In this document: piece after piece, positions 29,124-38,552 of the stretch | How the letters are laid out: each line of letters starts with the position of its first letter | How positions within the stretch are numbered: the stretch's first letter is position 1 | Origin: Promethearchaeota archaeon | Lineage (GTDB): Archaea > Asgardarchaeota > Lokiarchaeia > Sigyniarchaeales > SOKP01 | Direction of reading: 5' to 3' | NCBI GenBank assembly: GCA_016840085.1 | Contig: JAEOTA010000004.1 | Span: 128,001-192,000, forward strand | DNA length: 64,000 nt | Translations under genes and position numbers: made by a program | Notes under the pieces: generated by a model | The model's input: only the letters and a program-made list of their open reading frames with translations | What the model was told of the DNA's origin: nothing | Database searches by the model: none

Positions 29124-29834
29124 ATGGGATTTAAAACATATTCTGAAAATGATATATATCAAAAGGCCATAAGTGAACAGTGGAGCGGAAAAGGAACATC
29201 AGAAGATCCTTTTATAATCGAATCCTCTCACTCCTTTCCGCACCAAACACTTCTCAAAGATTCTGCGCTCTTTATATTAGTGAAAAATTGTACATTTAAA
29301 TATTTAGCGTTAAAAAGATGTAAACATGTGAGGTTTGAAGGGTGCGTTTTTGCTGTATTACAACTATTAAAATGTTCTGAAATCATTATTACAAATTGTA
29401 CGTTTAAAATGAGGTTAGATCTTATCACTAGTCACGATTCATATATTCGAGATTCTCTTATTCCATTTCTACGGTTTGGTAAGTCTTATAAAAATCATTT
29501 TAAAGCATGTACAATTACTCAAATCGCTAATCATTTTAGCAGGGCAAATATATTCGAAGATATTAATACACCTATGCAAGATTTTAATAATATTATGAGT
29601 GAAACACCGTACAAATATTATTTACGGCACATAGGTTTTATAGGAGGCGGAGTGATCTCTTTAATCTCAGCTTTTTCGTTGTCTTTTAATAGTTATTCCG
29701 ATTTAATTTATTGGTCGTTAATACCAGGTCTATTTGTTATGGCTTTTGTTTTTTTTGTTAGTGCCACAGCTATTTTCTACGATTATAAAAAAATGGCGCG
29801 TTATCCAGATAATCAAATAAAAGAAAAAATTTAA
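29124..29834 (+). CDS. beta-helix-like repeat protein with C-terminal TM hairpin
   Basis: WSGKGTSEDPFII motif, repeating NCTF/GCVF/NCTF/ACTI units, two C-terminal TMs. Confidence 0.65.
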   Translation: MGFKTYSENDIYQKAISEQWSGKGTSEDPFIIESSHSFPHQTLLKDSALFILVKNCTFKYLALKRCKHVRFEGCVFAVLQLLKCSEIIITNCTFKMRLDLITSHDSYIRDSLIPFLRFGKSYKNHFKACTITQIANHFSRANIFEDINTPMQDFNNIMSETPYKYYLRHIGFIGGGVISLISAFSLSFNSYSDLIYWSLIPGLFVMAFVFFVSATAIFYDYKKMARYPDNQIKEKI

Positions 29835-29980
29835 TTAAAGCTAATCATCAAAAACCATTTAAGTTAAAGTTCTAATTTCAAAATTTAATACAGTAGAAAT
29901 GACTAAATTTCAACGGTCCTTAAATATAAATAGTATAACGGGTTATATAATTATTAAATAAAGGGTATAAAAAGACAAAG

Positions 29981-30784
29981 ATGCTAGACAACAACAATAA
30001 TGAAGAATTTGTATTATATAAAGAGGAGAGAATTGCAGTAAAAAACGGGGAATTAGAACTCCCATTTCATTTGGAACGATTTGATGAAATTGAAGGGCTT
30101 GATAAGCTTACAAATTTGAAGAAATTACATTATGAGGGATTCGAGCTAAAAAAAATAGACCATATTGACCCCCTAACAAATTTAGAATCCTTAACGCTTC
30201 TTGGCAGTCATCAACTCAGCAAAATTGAGAATCTTGACAGCCTTACAAAGTTAAGGGTACTCGACCTTTCCGATAGCAATATTGCGGAAATAGAAAATCT
30301 GGTAGCGCTTACGAACTTGGAAGTTTTGCGATTAGGAAAATTTTATGAATTGTCCGAAAATCGCATTACAAGGATCAAGGGACTCGGAAATTTAAGCAAG
30401 TTGAAGGAATTAAACCTTGAACACAATCAAATCACGGTTATTGAGGGACTTGAGGCGCTTACCAACCTTAAAATCCTGAATCTTTCATATAATCAAATTA
30501 AAGAAATTGAAGGGCTTGACAATTTAAGTAATTTAGAAGAATTACATCTGAGAGGTAATAACATAACAGAGATTAAGGGACTTGACAATTTAAGTAAATT
30601 AGAAGCTTTAAATCTTGAACAAAATAACATAACAGAGATTAAGGGACTTGACAATTTAAGTAATTTAAAGGAATTATGGATTAGAAATAATGGCCCTTTT
30701 AAATCCGATTCCATCAAAATCTTAGAAAGTATGAAAAAAAGTGGTATTAGAGTTATATTTTATTTCAAGATGATGGAACACTAA
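29981..30784 (+). CDS. SDS22-like leucine-rich repeat protein
   Basis: 22-aa repeats IxEIxGLDNLSNLEELxLxxNxI. Confidence 0.9.
   Translation: MLDNNNNEEFVLYKEERIAVKNGELELPFHLERFDEIEGLDKLTNLKKLHYEGFELKKIDHIDPLTNLESLTLLGSHQLSKIENLDSLTKLRVLDLSDSNIAEIENLVALTNLEVLRLGKFYELSENRITRIKGLGNLSKLKELNLEHNQITVIEGLEALTNLKILNLSYNQIKEIEGLDNLSNLEELHLRGNNITEIKGLDNLSKLEALNLEQNNITEIKGLDNLSNLKELWIRNNGPFKSDSIKILESMKKSGIRVIFYFKMMEH
30557..30663 (+). repeat. recent 66-bp LRR unit duplication
   Basis: 41-bp identical segments at 30557 and 30623. Confidence 0.85.
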
Positions 30785-30832
30785 AAATCTTTACTGTTAT
30801 CTCGAAGATAATTAAATATTTAAATCCATAAA

Positions 30833-30909
30833 AAGTTACATTAAAAATAGAGTAAAAAAATTCTTTAATTTCTTTAAGCGTAAGCTTTTAACTCTTTTTT
30901 TAGCTTATA
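30833..30909. repeat. right copy of island-flanking direct repeat
   Basis: Aligns to 21351-21426; contains the 3' end of the 41-aa ORF. Confidence 0.85.
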
Positions 30910-30999
30910 AGCTTCTTTTTCCTGAACATAATTTGGGTTCAGTTCAAGTTTATCTTTTAGCTCTTTCATTTTACGCTTACTTATCTCAGGTTTGAACAT
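30874..30999 (-). CDS. 41-aa basic small protein (island target gene)
   Basis: MFKPEISKRKMKELKDKLELNPNYVQEKEAYKLKKELKAYA*; the duplicate 3' end differs mostly synonymously (TAT/TAC, GAG/GAA). Confidence 0.6.
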   Translation of the reverse strand: MFKPEISKRKMKELKDKLELNPNYVQEKEAYKLKKELKAYA

Positions 31000-31137
31000 A
31001 TTAAATAATGACATTTTTTTTATTCACATCTTTTTTTGTGTACTAAATTATATAAGTATAAATTGATGTATAAACTTTGTGTTTATAGTATATATACAAA
31101 AAGAAAAGTATATATTATTTTAATCTATATTTTAATT

Positions 31138-32037
31138 ATGGAGAGAACGTATAGAAAACTGCAAAAGATAGGAGGCTCATTAGTTATAAGTTTACCTAAA
31201 AAATGGACTGAGCATTATACGTTAAAAGCGGGCTCAACCGCAGCTATTGAGGTTCGAGATGATGGTACGCTGTTAATTTTGCCAAAAATGGAAGCAGTAA
31301 GCGATAAAATAAGTAAGGATGAGGTAATCTTAGAAGCAAATGAGTATGTAATCTGGGAATTATTAAAAAAAAGTCTTGCAGGTCAAACAAATATAACCAT
31401 ATTATCTGATACAAATACAGAAATTAACAAAGTCTTGAGAAATTATATTAGGAAATATGTTAATAGACTTCCAAATACAGAGATAATTGAGGAGACTAAC
31501 CACAAAATAATTATCCAAAACTTTGGGTACAAAGAAATACCTACTAAAAAATTAATCCAACGTTTATTATATTTAGTGGCAAATATGTTTGAAGATTTAA
31601 AAAATAAATCAATTGATGATTTAAATGATAATTTCGAGCAACTAAGGAAGTTTTATTTTATTCTGGTTATCCATATTAGAACTTATCTCAGAACAGGAGT
31701 CTATATTTCATCAAGTAGTGAATTTACTCCTCTTGAAGCAATGGATTATAGAATGTTCTGCGAAAAGATTGAAGAAATAGGTGAGATCTTAAAAGACCTA
31801 AGTTTAAACAATAAAGTATTAAATTTTTACAATGAGGTTCAGCAATATTTTAATGAGGTTATGAATGCCTTTTTACAAAAAGATGATAAATTAGCATTTA
31901 TTGTATGGATAAAAAAAGATAAACTCTTCAGTAAAGCAAATCATTTGCTGAACAATCTAAATTATAATGATAAGGACAACATTAGAAAAATAATGAGAAT
32001 AGCTCAGCATTGTAAGGACATGGCTGCATTAATTTAA
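31138..32037 (+). CDS. AbrB/MazE-domain + PhoU-like regulator (archaeal phosphate uptake regulator family)
   Basis: RKLQKIGGSLVISLPKKW N-terminus, helical PhoU-like C-terminus; start at ATG 31138. Confidence 0.8.
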   Translation: MERTYRKLQKIGGSLVISLPKKWTEHYTLKAGSTAAIEVRDDGTLLILPKMEAVSDKISKDEVILEANEYVIWELLKKSLAGQTNITILSDTNTEINKVLRNYIRKYVNRLPNTEIIEETNHKIIIQNFGYKEIPTKKLIQRLLYLVANMFEDLKNKSIDDLNDNFEQLRKFYFILVIHIRTYLRTGVYISSSSEFTPLEAMDYRMFCEKIEEIGEILKDLSLNNKVLNFYNEVQQYFNEVMNAFLQKDDKLAFIVWIKKDKLFSKANHLLNNLNYNDKDNIRKIMRIAQHCKDMAALI

Positions 32038-32310
32038 TACTTTTACACTTTTATAAATGGTTTTTATTCTTAGACTTACCATTAGATTTATTTCGAATTT
32101 ATCATCGAAAATGGTCTTTCCCACAATAAATAAGCTATATTTATTTACCTTATTTCTCCAATCATTTTCAAAGATGTAGGTACTAAACTTCATGGTATCA
32201 GAAGTATAGAACATTTCAAGTTCTTTTACATAAGGTGATTGATACAACAATATTTCAGAAGAAAAAGGATTGCTTCTATAGCATTCTATATACAATGACG
32301 GAACTATCAT
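32029..32310 (-). CDS. hypothetical protein (possibly fragment)
   Basis: 93-aa ORF only. Confidence 0.35.
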   Translation of the reverse strand: MIVPSLYIECYRSNPFSSEILLYQSPYVKELEMFYTSDTMKFSTYIFENDWRNKVNKYSLFIVGKTIFDDKFEINLMVSLRIKTIYKSVKVLN

Positions 32311-32425
32311 TAGGATAACTTTCCTAATTTCATGTAAAAAACTTTATTAATTATGTTGAAGAAAATAGACTCATCTTATTGTTGGCTATTGTGTAAAAAA
32401 CTAATAATGTTAAAAGTGAAAATTA

Positions 32426-33055
32426 ATGAGCGAATTTATTGAAAAAATAGTAGATTTAGAAGAAAGTGCTGTAGCAGATCTCTTACAAAAGAAGCTTGAA
32501 AGTAACGAAGATCCTTTGAAAATAATGGATGAAATTAAAGAAGCGATGAAAAAAATAGGTGACAAATTTCAAAATAAAGAATATTTTTTACCAGATTTGA
32601 TTTTATCTGGAGAAATCTTACGAAATGTGTTTGAAAAAATATCCCCATTGCTTAAAGAACAGCAAAAAACAGAAGTGAAAAAAGGAAAAGTTCTTTTAGG
32701 GACTGTGGCAGGAGATATTCACGATATAGGAAAAGATGTTGTAAAATTTATGCTTGATGCAAATGGTTATGAAGTAATGGATTTAGGTGTTGATGTATCA
32801 AGTGATGCATTCGTAGAAAAAATAAAAGAATTTCAACCTAAAGTTGTTGCGTTGAGTGGATTTTTAACTCTTGCATTTGATTCAATGAAGGAAGTGATTC
32901 AAAAACTAAAGGATGCGGGAATAAGGGATAATATAAAAATTATGATCGGCGGAGGGACTGTCGACGAGAGCATAGTAGAATATGTAGGAGCAGACGCATA
33001 TGGAGAGAGTGCGGTTGATGCTGTTAATTTAACTAATAAATGGATGGAGGTTTAA
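32426..33055 (+). CDS. corrinoid (cobalamin-binding) methyltransferase protein
   Basis: EYFLPDL cap, GTVAGDIHDIGK (DxHxxG), LSGFLT, IMIGGG. Confidence 0.93.
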   Translation: MSEFIEKIVDLEESAVADLLQKKLESNEDPLKIMDEIKEAMKKIGDKFQNKEYFLPDLILSGEILRNVFEKISPLLKEQQKTEVKKGKVLLGTVAGDIHDIGKDVVKFMLDANGYEVMDLGVDVSSDAFVEKIKEFQPKVVALSGFLTLAFDSMKEVIQKLKDAGIRDNIKIMIGGGTVDESIVEYVGADAYGESAVDAVNLTNKWMEV

Positions 33056-33060
33056 AGAAA

Positions 33061-34347
33061 ATGAGCGAAAAATCGAGTCAAGAACTATATAAAGAACGAT
33101 TAAATAGAGTCTTGAATGCGGTAAGTTTAAAGGAACCCGATAGAGTGCCTATTACACCCATGTCAATGCATTATGCAGCAGTTCAAGCAGGATTAACTAA
33201 AAAAGAAGCCATGTACGAACCAATGAAACTCGCAAAGGCATTTAAAGATGTTTTCGCACCGATGAATTGGGATATGGTGCCTCCCCTATTAGGCGTGTTT
33301 CCTGCGGCAGTTTGGGATGGATTGGGGACTCAAACTTTCAAATGGCCAGGGGCTGCCGAAAAAAAACAAAGATTAGACGATAATATTCACTTTCAATGGG
33401 TAGAAGGAGAATATATGAAAGAAAACGAGTATGAAGCATTTCTAACAGATCCTTCTGGATACTGCTTAAATACTCTCATGCCTCGCCATCATAAAAAACT
33501 AGGGGGATTTTCATTCTTTCCTAGCTTAATTAATTTAGTGCATTCCTATGGTTCTTTTATGAGTATTCCACCTTTCTTTGCTATGCCCCCAAATCAAGAA
33601 ATGCTTAAAAATATTGGTCAAGCAGCAGGAAAGTTATTTGAATATTTAGGAGCTACGGAGAATTATACTAAAGAAATGGCACAACTTGGATATCCAATTG
33701 GTTTTAATTTCTTTGTTCAAGCACCATATGATGTTTGGTCAGAAAGCGTGCGAGGAATGAGGGGGGTAATGTTAGATATGTATAGGCAACCTGAAGAATT
33801 GAAGGAAGCATTAAATAGATTAGTTCCTTCAAGCATTGCCAGTACCGTTGCTATGTCACATATGATTCCTTCAGATAATCCAATCGTGTTTATACCATTA
33901 CATAGAGGTGCTGATGGTTTTATGAGCCGAGATCAATTTAAAGAATTCTATTGGCCTACTTTAACGGCAACAATGGAAGGTTTAATTCAAAATAACTTAA
34001 TTCCTTGTCCATTTTACGAAGGAGGGTATAATGAACGGTTGGACTATTTAACGGAATTTGCTAAAAAGCACAGAGGTAAGCTTATTTATTGGTTCGATAG
34101 AACAGATATAATTAAAGCAAAAGAAATGTTTGGTGAATATGCCACAATTAGGGGTAATGTTCCCGGATCATTGATGGCAACTGGTACTCCACAACAAATG
34201 GAGGAGTATGTAAAGAAGATTATCGAGGGATGTAAAGCAGGCGGAGGGCTAATAATCGACGGAGGTGTTTCTGGAATTGTTGATGAGGCTAAACCAGAAA
34301 ATGTAAAAGCGATGACCGATGCAGTATTTAAATACGGTATGTATTAG
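33061..34347 (+). CDS. uroporphyrinogen decarboxylase/MtaA-like methyltransferase family protein
   Basis: EPDRVP, RGMRGVMLDMYRQPE, FMSRDQFKEFYWP, IRGNVP, AKPENVKAM; start at ATG 33061. Confidence 0.85.
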   Translation: MSEKSSQELYKERLNRVLNAVSLKEPDRVPITPMSMHYAAVQAGLTKKEAMYEPMKLAKAFKDVFAPMNWDMVPPLLGVFPAAVWDGLGTQTFKWPGAAEKKQRLDDNIHFQWVEGEYMKENEYEAFLTDPSGYCLNTLMPRHHKKLGGFSFFPSLINLVHSYGSFMSIPPFFAMPPNQEMLKNIGQAAGKLFEYLGATENYTKEMAQLGYPIGFNFFVQAPYDVWSESVRGMRGVMLDMYRQPEELKEALNRLVPSSIASTVAMSHMIPSDNPIVFIPLHRGADGFMSRDQFKEFYWPTLTATMEGLIQNNLIPCPFYEGGYNERLDYLTEFAKKHRGKLIYWFDRTDIIKAKEMFGEYATIRGNVPGSLMATGTPQQMEEYVKKIIEGCKAGGGLIIDGGVSGIVDEAKPENVKAMTDAVFKYGMY

Positions 34348-34658
34348 AAAGATTATATTAGAAAAATCTAATTCGTTTTAAATTTGGAATTAAATCCCCT
34401 TTTCTTTTTTTTTTCCTAGCTTTAAAAGTACATGAAATATCTTGCGACTTCTTTTTTATATTATAAATAATATTCTTTTATAATACAGAGATTAGTAGAC
34501 AATATGATAATAATCTGAAATTAATATTTAATATATGAAAGTATATTAATTTCAACTGCCAATTATGTTATGCTTCATATGTCTATAAATTCACTAAATT
34601 TATAATATTGGGGATAATAGTAACCATAATTAATAATTACCATAAAAAATGAAATCAC

Positions 34659-35436
34659 ATGTTTAGTTTTATTTTAGGGATTATTTTCGCTACATGGTGT
34701 TTGGTTAACAGGTTTAGTAAGGATGGCAAAGTAGAAGGGCAACCTCTTGGAATGCCCCGTGGTACAGTAAGAGCTTTGATTACAGTTATGATTGTAGCCT
34801 TTCCATTTGGATTTATATTGACAGGAAAAGAAATTCCTGGTTTAATAGTCAATGCGATTTTTATAGCTGTTGCTTTTTACTTTGAAGCAAGAAAAAGTGA
34901 ACGTGAAAAACTAAAAGAAATTGTTGATGAGATAAAAAGTCCGGGAACTAGTTGAAATAGATTTAAGAAAGGAGAAAAAGCCATTATACTTGCCAAAGTA
35001 TAGCGTAAGATTTCTATTAGTTTTTATGTTGATTTTATTTTTAGTAACTAATTACTTTGGACCGCAAGTCCCATTTCAAGGCACTAACACTATCTTTGAT
35101 TTACTGATTATCATAGTTCTTTTTCTTATTGGTGTTTCTTTCAGATCTATTCTAAACTCAAGGGAAAGGAAAAAGATTAAAGAGCGAATAAAAAATATGG
35201 ATGCTTCACTCTCTGATGTTCAAATAATTGAAAAAGTAATGCTTGAAGAGTCTAGTTGGTGGAAGCGAGAAGGGAAAAGTCTTCTCTCAATAATAATGCT
35301 AATAATAGTAGTTGGAGCATTAATCTGTTATACTTTTGAATGGGATTATACATTAATTTCTTTATCTGATTATACTTTATCAGTAGTTGGGATTTTATTA
35401 CTCTTAACAAATGCTTATTATGGCTTCAGAGATTAA
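34659..35436 (+). pseudogene. membrane protein split by a single frameshift (ORFs 34659-34955 and 34990-35436)
   Basis: Removing one G at ccGGGaac (~34943) gives KSPELVEIDLRKEKKPLYLPKYSVR; the halves share PLGMPRGTVR / PLYLPKYSVR repeats. Confidence 0.65.
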
Positions 35437-35558
35437 GTATTTAATTAAGCAAATAACTAACTCAATTTTTTTATATTTTTAATTAGATGATTCGATCCTA
35501 TTAAAATCTAATTTAAATAAACACAAGGTTATTAATATTATAAATATTTTTTATTCAA

Positions 35559-36032
35559 ATGATAACGTTCGAAAAGAATAGTTATGTTTTTAGTTATAGG
35601 GTTGTCGGGGTAGCTATTCATGATAATAAGGTACTAGTACATCGAAGCATCATTGATGATTTCTGGTCATTACCTGGAGGACGATGTGAATTTTTAGAAA
35701 TCTCTAAAGATGCGCTTATAAGAGAAATGAAAGAAGAAATCGGTATAAGCATAAATATAACTAGACCTCTTTATTTCGTGGAAAATTTTTTTAATTCCGA
35801 GGGAAAAGATTATCATGAAATTTCTATTTTCTACCTATTGGAATTTCCTGAAGATTCTAAATTGGTTTTTAAAAATGAACCTTTCTATGGAATAGAAGAT
35901 GAACTTGAATTAATCTTTAAATGGGTTGATATAAATACTCTAGAAACATTAAGATTGTATCCATTATTCTTACGTAAAGCGCTAAAAAATATTAAACCCT
36001 TCCCAGAACATATAATAAATCGGGATGATTAA
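35559..36032 (+). CDS. NUDIX hydrolase
   Basis: WSLPGGRCEFLEISKDALIREMKEEIG Nudix box. Confidence 0.92.
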   Translation: MITFEKNSYVFSYRVVGVAIHDNKVLVHRSIIDDFWSLPGGRCEFLEISKDALIREMKEEIGISINITRPLYFVENFFNSEGKDYHEISIFYLLEFPEDSKLVFKNEPFYGIEDELELIFKWVDINTLETLRLYPLFLRKALKNIKPFPEHIINRDD

Positions 36033-36128
36033 AGGGATACAATAAATATATCTAAAGAGGAGATTCTTTTCCTATAACAACTAGATTTTTTTATTGACTA
36101 ATGAAGAAAATAAAAGAAAAATAAATAA

Positions 36129-37151
36129 TTATAAATGGAATTCCGTACCAACAACTCCTAAAGTATGAGATGGGTGTCCTCTTGCGCTCATTATTTTGTT
36201 AAATTCAAAACCAGTGCAATGCATTCCACAGGTTATTTCAGGATTTAAATTTTCTATAAATTTTACTGATTCTTCAATATCTTCAGATTTCTCCCATTCT
36301 TTATGGAAACCCCCAATTATAGCATAAATTTTATTAATGCCAGTTATTTTTTGTCCGTGTTTAATCGTGTTTACAATTCCAGTATGTCCACATCCTGTAA
36401 GAACTACAAGCCCTTTATCCTTAACATTAATATAGATTGAAATTTCGTCTCTAAACGTATTTTTTGCAAATTCCTTCCTACTTTTCATTAGGTACATACC
36501 TTTAGTAACTTCATTTTCATCAAATATTTCTATTTCTCCGCTTGTTGTAATACCATTTGTTAATTTTATTGGTTCAGTAATTTCAACTATTTTAAGATTA
36601 TTTTGATTTACTAAATTTTCGAATATATTTCTATTTAAGACTGGAATTTTTAAATTAAAAAGAAAAGCCTTTTCTTTTAGTAATTCACGATATTTTTCAT
36701 TTAATATATCGGAAGAGAAATATTCTTGACCTGATTTTGGTACTAAGATAATATTTTGATTATAGAAATTGGGTGATAAAATTATCTCACATCCTTCTCT
36801 TAATTTTGGAATTACATTCAAAAGGCCTCCAAAATGGTCTGTATGCCCATGACTCAAGATTAATTTATTATATTCCTCAAAGTTAATACCCAATGCTTCA
36901 GTATTTGGTAATATTGCATTTCTAGGACCCCCTGTATCAAAAAGAAATTTTTTCTTAATTTCATTATGGTTTATTTCAATACTCACAGCAAATCCATGTT
37001 CAGCATATAATTTACTAGCATTGGCATGGGGATGTATTACTTTACCTTTGAATTTTTCATCTGTTAGTAAAGATAAAAGAACTGTATTTGCTGTTAAAAC
37101 TCTAATAATTAAATTACCACTATCTATTCCATCAGAAATATCTACTTTCAA
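36129..37151 (-). CDS. MBL-fold metallo-hydrolase (7,8-dihydropterin-methyl-RFA-P synthase-like subgroup)
   Basis: AEHGF, LFDTG, LSHGHTDHFGG, LTGCGHTG, IIGGFH, HCTG. Confidence 0.85.
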   Translation of the reverse strand: MKVDISDGIDSGNLIIRVLTANTVLLSLLTDEKFKGKVIHPHANASKLYAEHGFAVSIEINHNEIKKKFLFDTGGPRNAILPNTEALGINFEEYNKLILSHGHTDHFGGLLNVIPKLREGCEIILSPNFYNQNIILVPKSGQEYFSSDILNEKYRELLKEKAFLFNLKIPVLNRNIFENLVNQNNLKIVEITEPIKLTNGITTSGEIEIFDENEVTKGMYLMKSRKEFAKNTFRDEISIYINVKDKGLVVLTGCGHTGIVNTIKHGQKITGINKIYAIIGGFHKEWEKSEDIEESVKFIENLNPEITCGMHCTGFEFNKIMSARGHPSHTLGVVGTEFHL

Positions 37152-37373
37152 TTTTTATTTAACCTCATAAATTTTAATAGAAAAATCTATATTTTAGATA
37201 TTTGATTCATCATGTTTTAAGATTATTAATCGGTTCTTAGTTAAAATTTTTTAAAAAAATATTGATAATGAAGGTTACCCCCTTTTTTTCCTATATTAAT
37301 AAAGAATTTAAAAAAAGAAAATTACACTATAATTATTCACATGTGAATCAAATAAAATAAAGATGAATAAGAC

Positions 37374-38492
37374 ATGGCTGATATAAGTTTAGATCAAGAT
37401 AATGATATTTATAGGAAGTTACAGCAACATTTAGATAAAATGCCTGTAGGGTTCCCTTCTGTGAAGTCTGGCGCAGATATACGCTTATTAAAGCATCTTT
37501 TTACACCAGAAGAAGCTAAAGTAGCAATGTTTTTAAAATTCGGATGGGAGAGAGATTTAGAACCATTAAAAGTGATTTATAACCGTGCAGAAAAGACGGG
37601 AATCCCTCTTAAAGAGTTAGAAGAGATTCTAGATCGGATGGTATCAAAAGGATCTATCATGTTTAAAAAAGAAGGGGATAAAAAATATTATGGAAACGCG
37701 CTCCTTATGGTTGGAATGTTTGAGTTTCAAGTAAACAAACTTACAAAAGAATTCATTAAAGATTATCATGATTATAGTGTACAAGGTTGGTTTCCAGAAG
37801 CTTTTAGGGTGAAATCAGCCCAATTACGAACAATTCCAGTAGAAAAAAGTATAGAATTCGAACATAATGTTAGTCCTTTTGATGATGTTGGAAAGTGTCT
37901 AGATAGTTATGATGGACCAATAGCAATCATAAATTGTGTATGTAAACAAGTAAAGGATATTTTAGGAGATCCATGCAAAGTTACTGACAGAAGAGAAGTT
38001 TGTATGGGATTCGGAGTTCTAGCTCAAATGTGTATTGATCAAGGATGGGGTCGTTCGATAACTAAAGAAGAAGCCCATGAAATATTACGAAAAAATCAAG
38101 AAGAGGGGTTAGTAATACAACCAGATAATTCCCAGAAATTATCATTTATCTGTAGCTGTTGTAGTTGTTGTTGCGAAAATTTATCAAAATATGCATTATT
38201 GCCTAACCCTGCTAGTGTAGTAATAGCAAACTATTATGCAGAAGTAGATCCTGATTTATGTATAGGCTGCGGAACATGTGTTGAGATATGTCCAATGAAC
38301 GCAATTTCGCTTAAGGATGAGTTATCTTCAATAAAGAGAAAACGTTGTATTGGATGTGGAAATTGTGTTGCGAAATGCCCTGAAGAAGCGATTTCACTCT
38401 ATAAAAGAGAAAGACAATTCACTCCTTTTCCAACGATGGATGAATTATTTGATAAAGTTATGGAAAGAAAAACTAGATTAAAAGAAAATTAG
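37374..38492 (+). CDS. HTH + Cys-cluster + 4Fe-4S dicluster protein, paralogue 1
   Basis: LKHLFTPEEA, NCVCK, FICSCCSCCC, two CxxCxxCxxxCP. Confidence 0.88.
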   Translation: MADISLDQDNDIYRKLQQHLDKMPVGFPSVKSGADIRLLKHLFTPEEAKVAMFLKFGWERDLEPLKVIYNRAEKTGIPLKELEEILDRMVSKGSIMFKKEGDKKYYGNALLMVGMFEFQVNKLTKEFIKDYHDYSVQGWFPEAFRVKSAQLRTIPVEKSIEFEHNVSPFDDVGKCLDSYDGPIAIINCVCKQVKDILGDPCKVTDRREVCMGFGVLAQMCIDQGWGRSITKEEAHEILRKNQEEGLVIQPDNSQKLSFICSCCSCCCENLSKYALLPNPASVVIANYYAEVDPDLCIGCGTCVEICPMNAISLKDELSSIKRKRCIGCGNCVAKCPEEAISLYKRERQFTPFPTMDELFDKVMERKTRLKEN

Positions 38493-38552
38493 AGCTAAAA
38501 AAAAATAAACATTGTTTATAAAACTAATTCAGATGGTGAAAAATAAATTTTG

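Larger units (their letters stand above)
21427..30832. mobile_element. putative genomic island bounded by direct repeats (no integrase seen)
   Basis: Flanking ~76-bp direct repeat duplicating a gene 3' end; accessory/defence-like cargo; decayed fragments inside. Confidence 0.55.

Noticed and set aside
34953-34955. TGA as possible selenocysteine readthrough
   Set aside because: The downstream half is in a different frame; a one-base frameshift explains it, and there is no redox motif.
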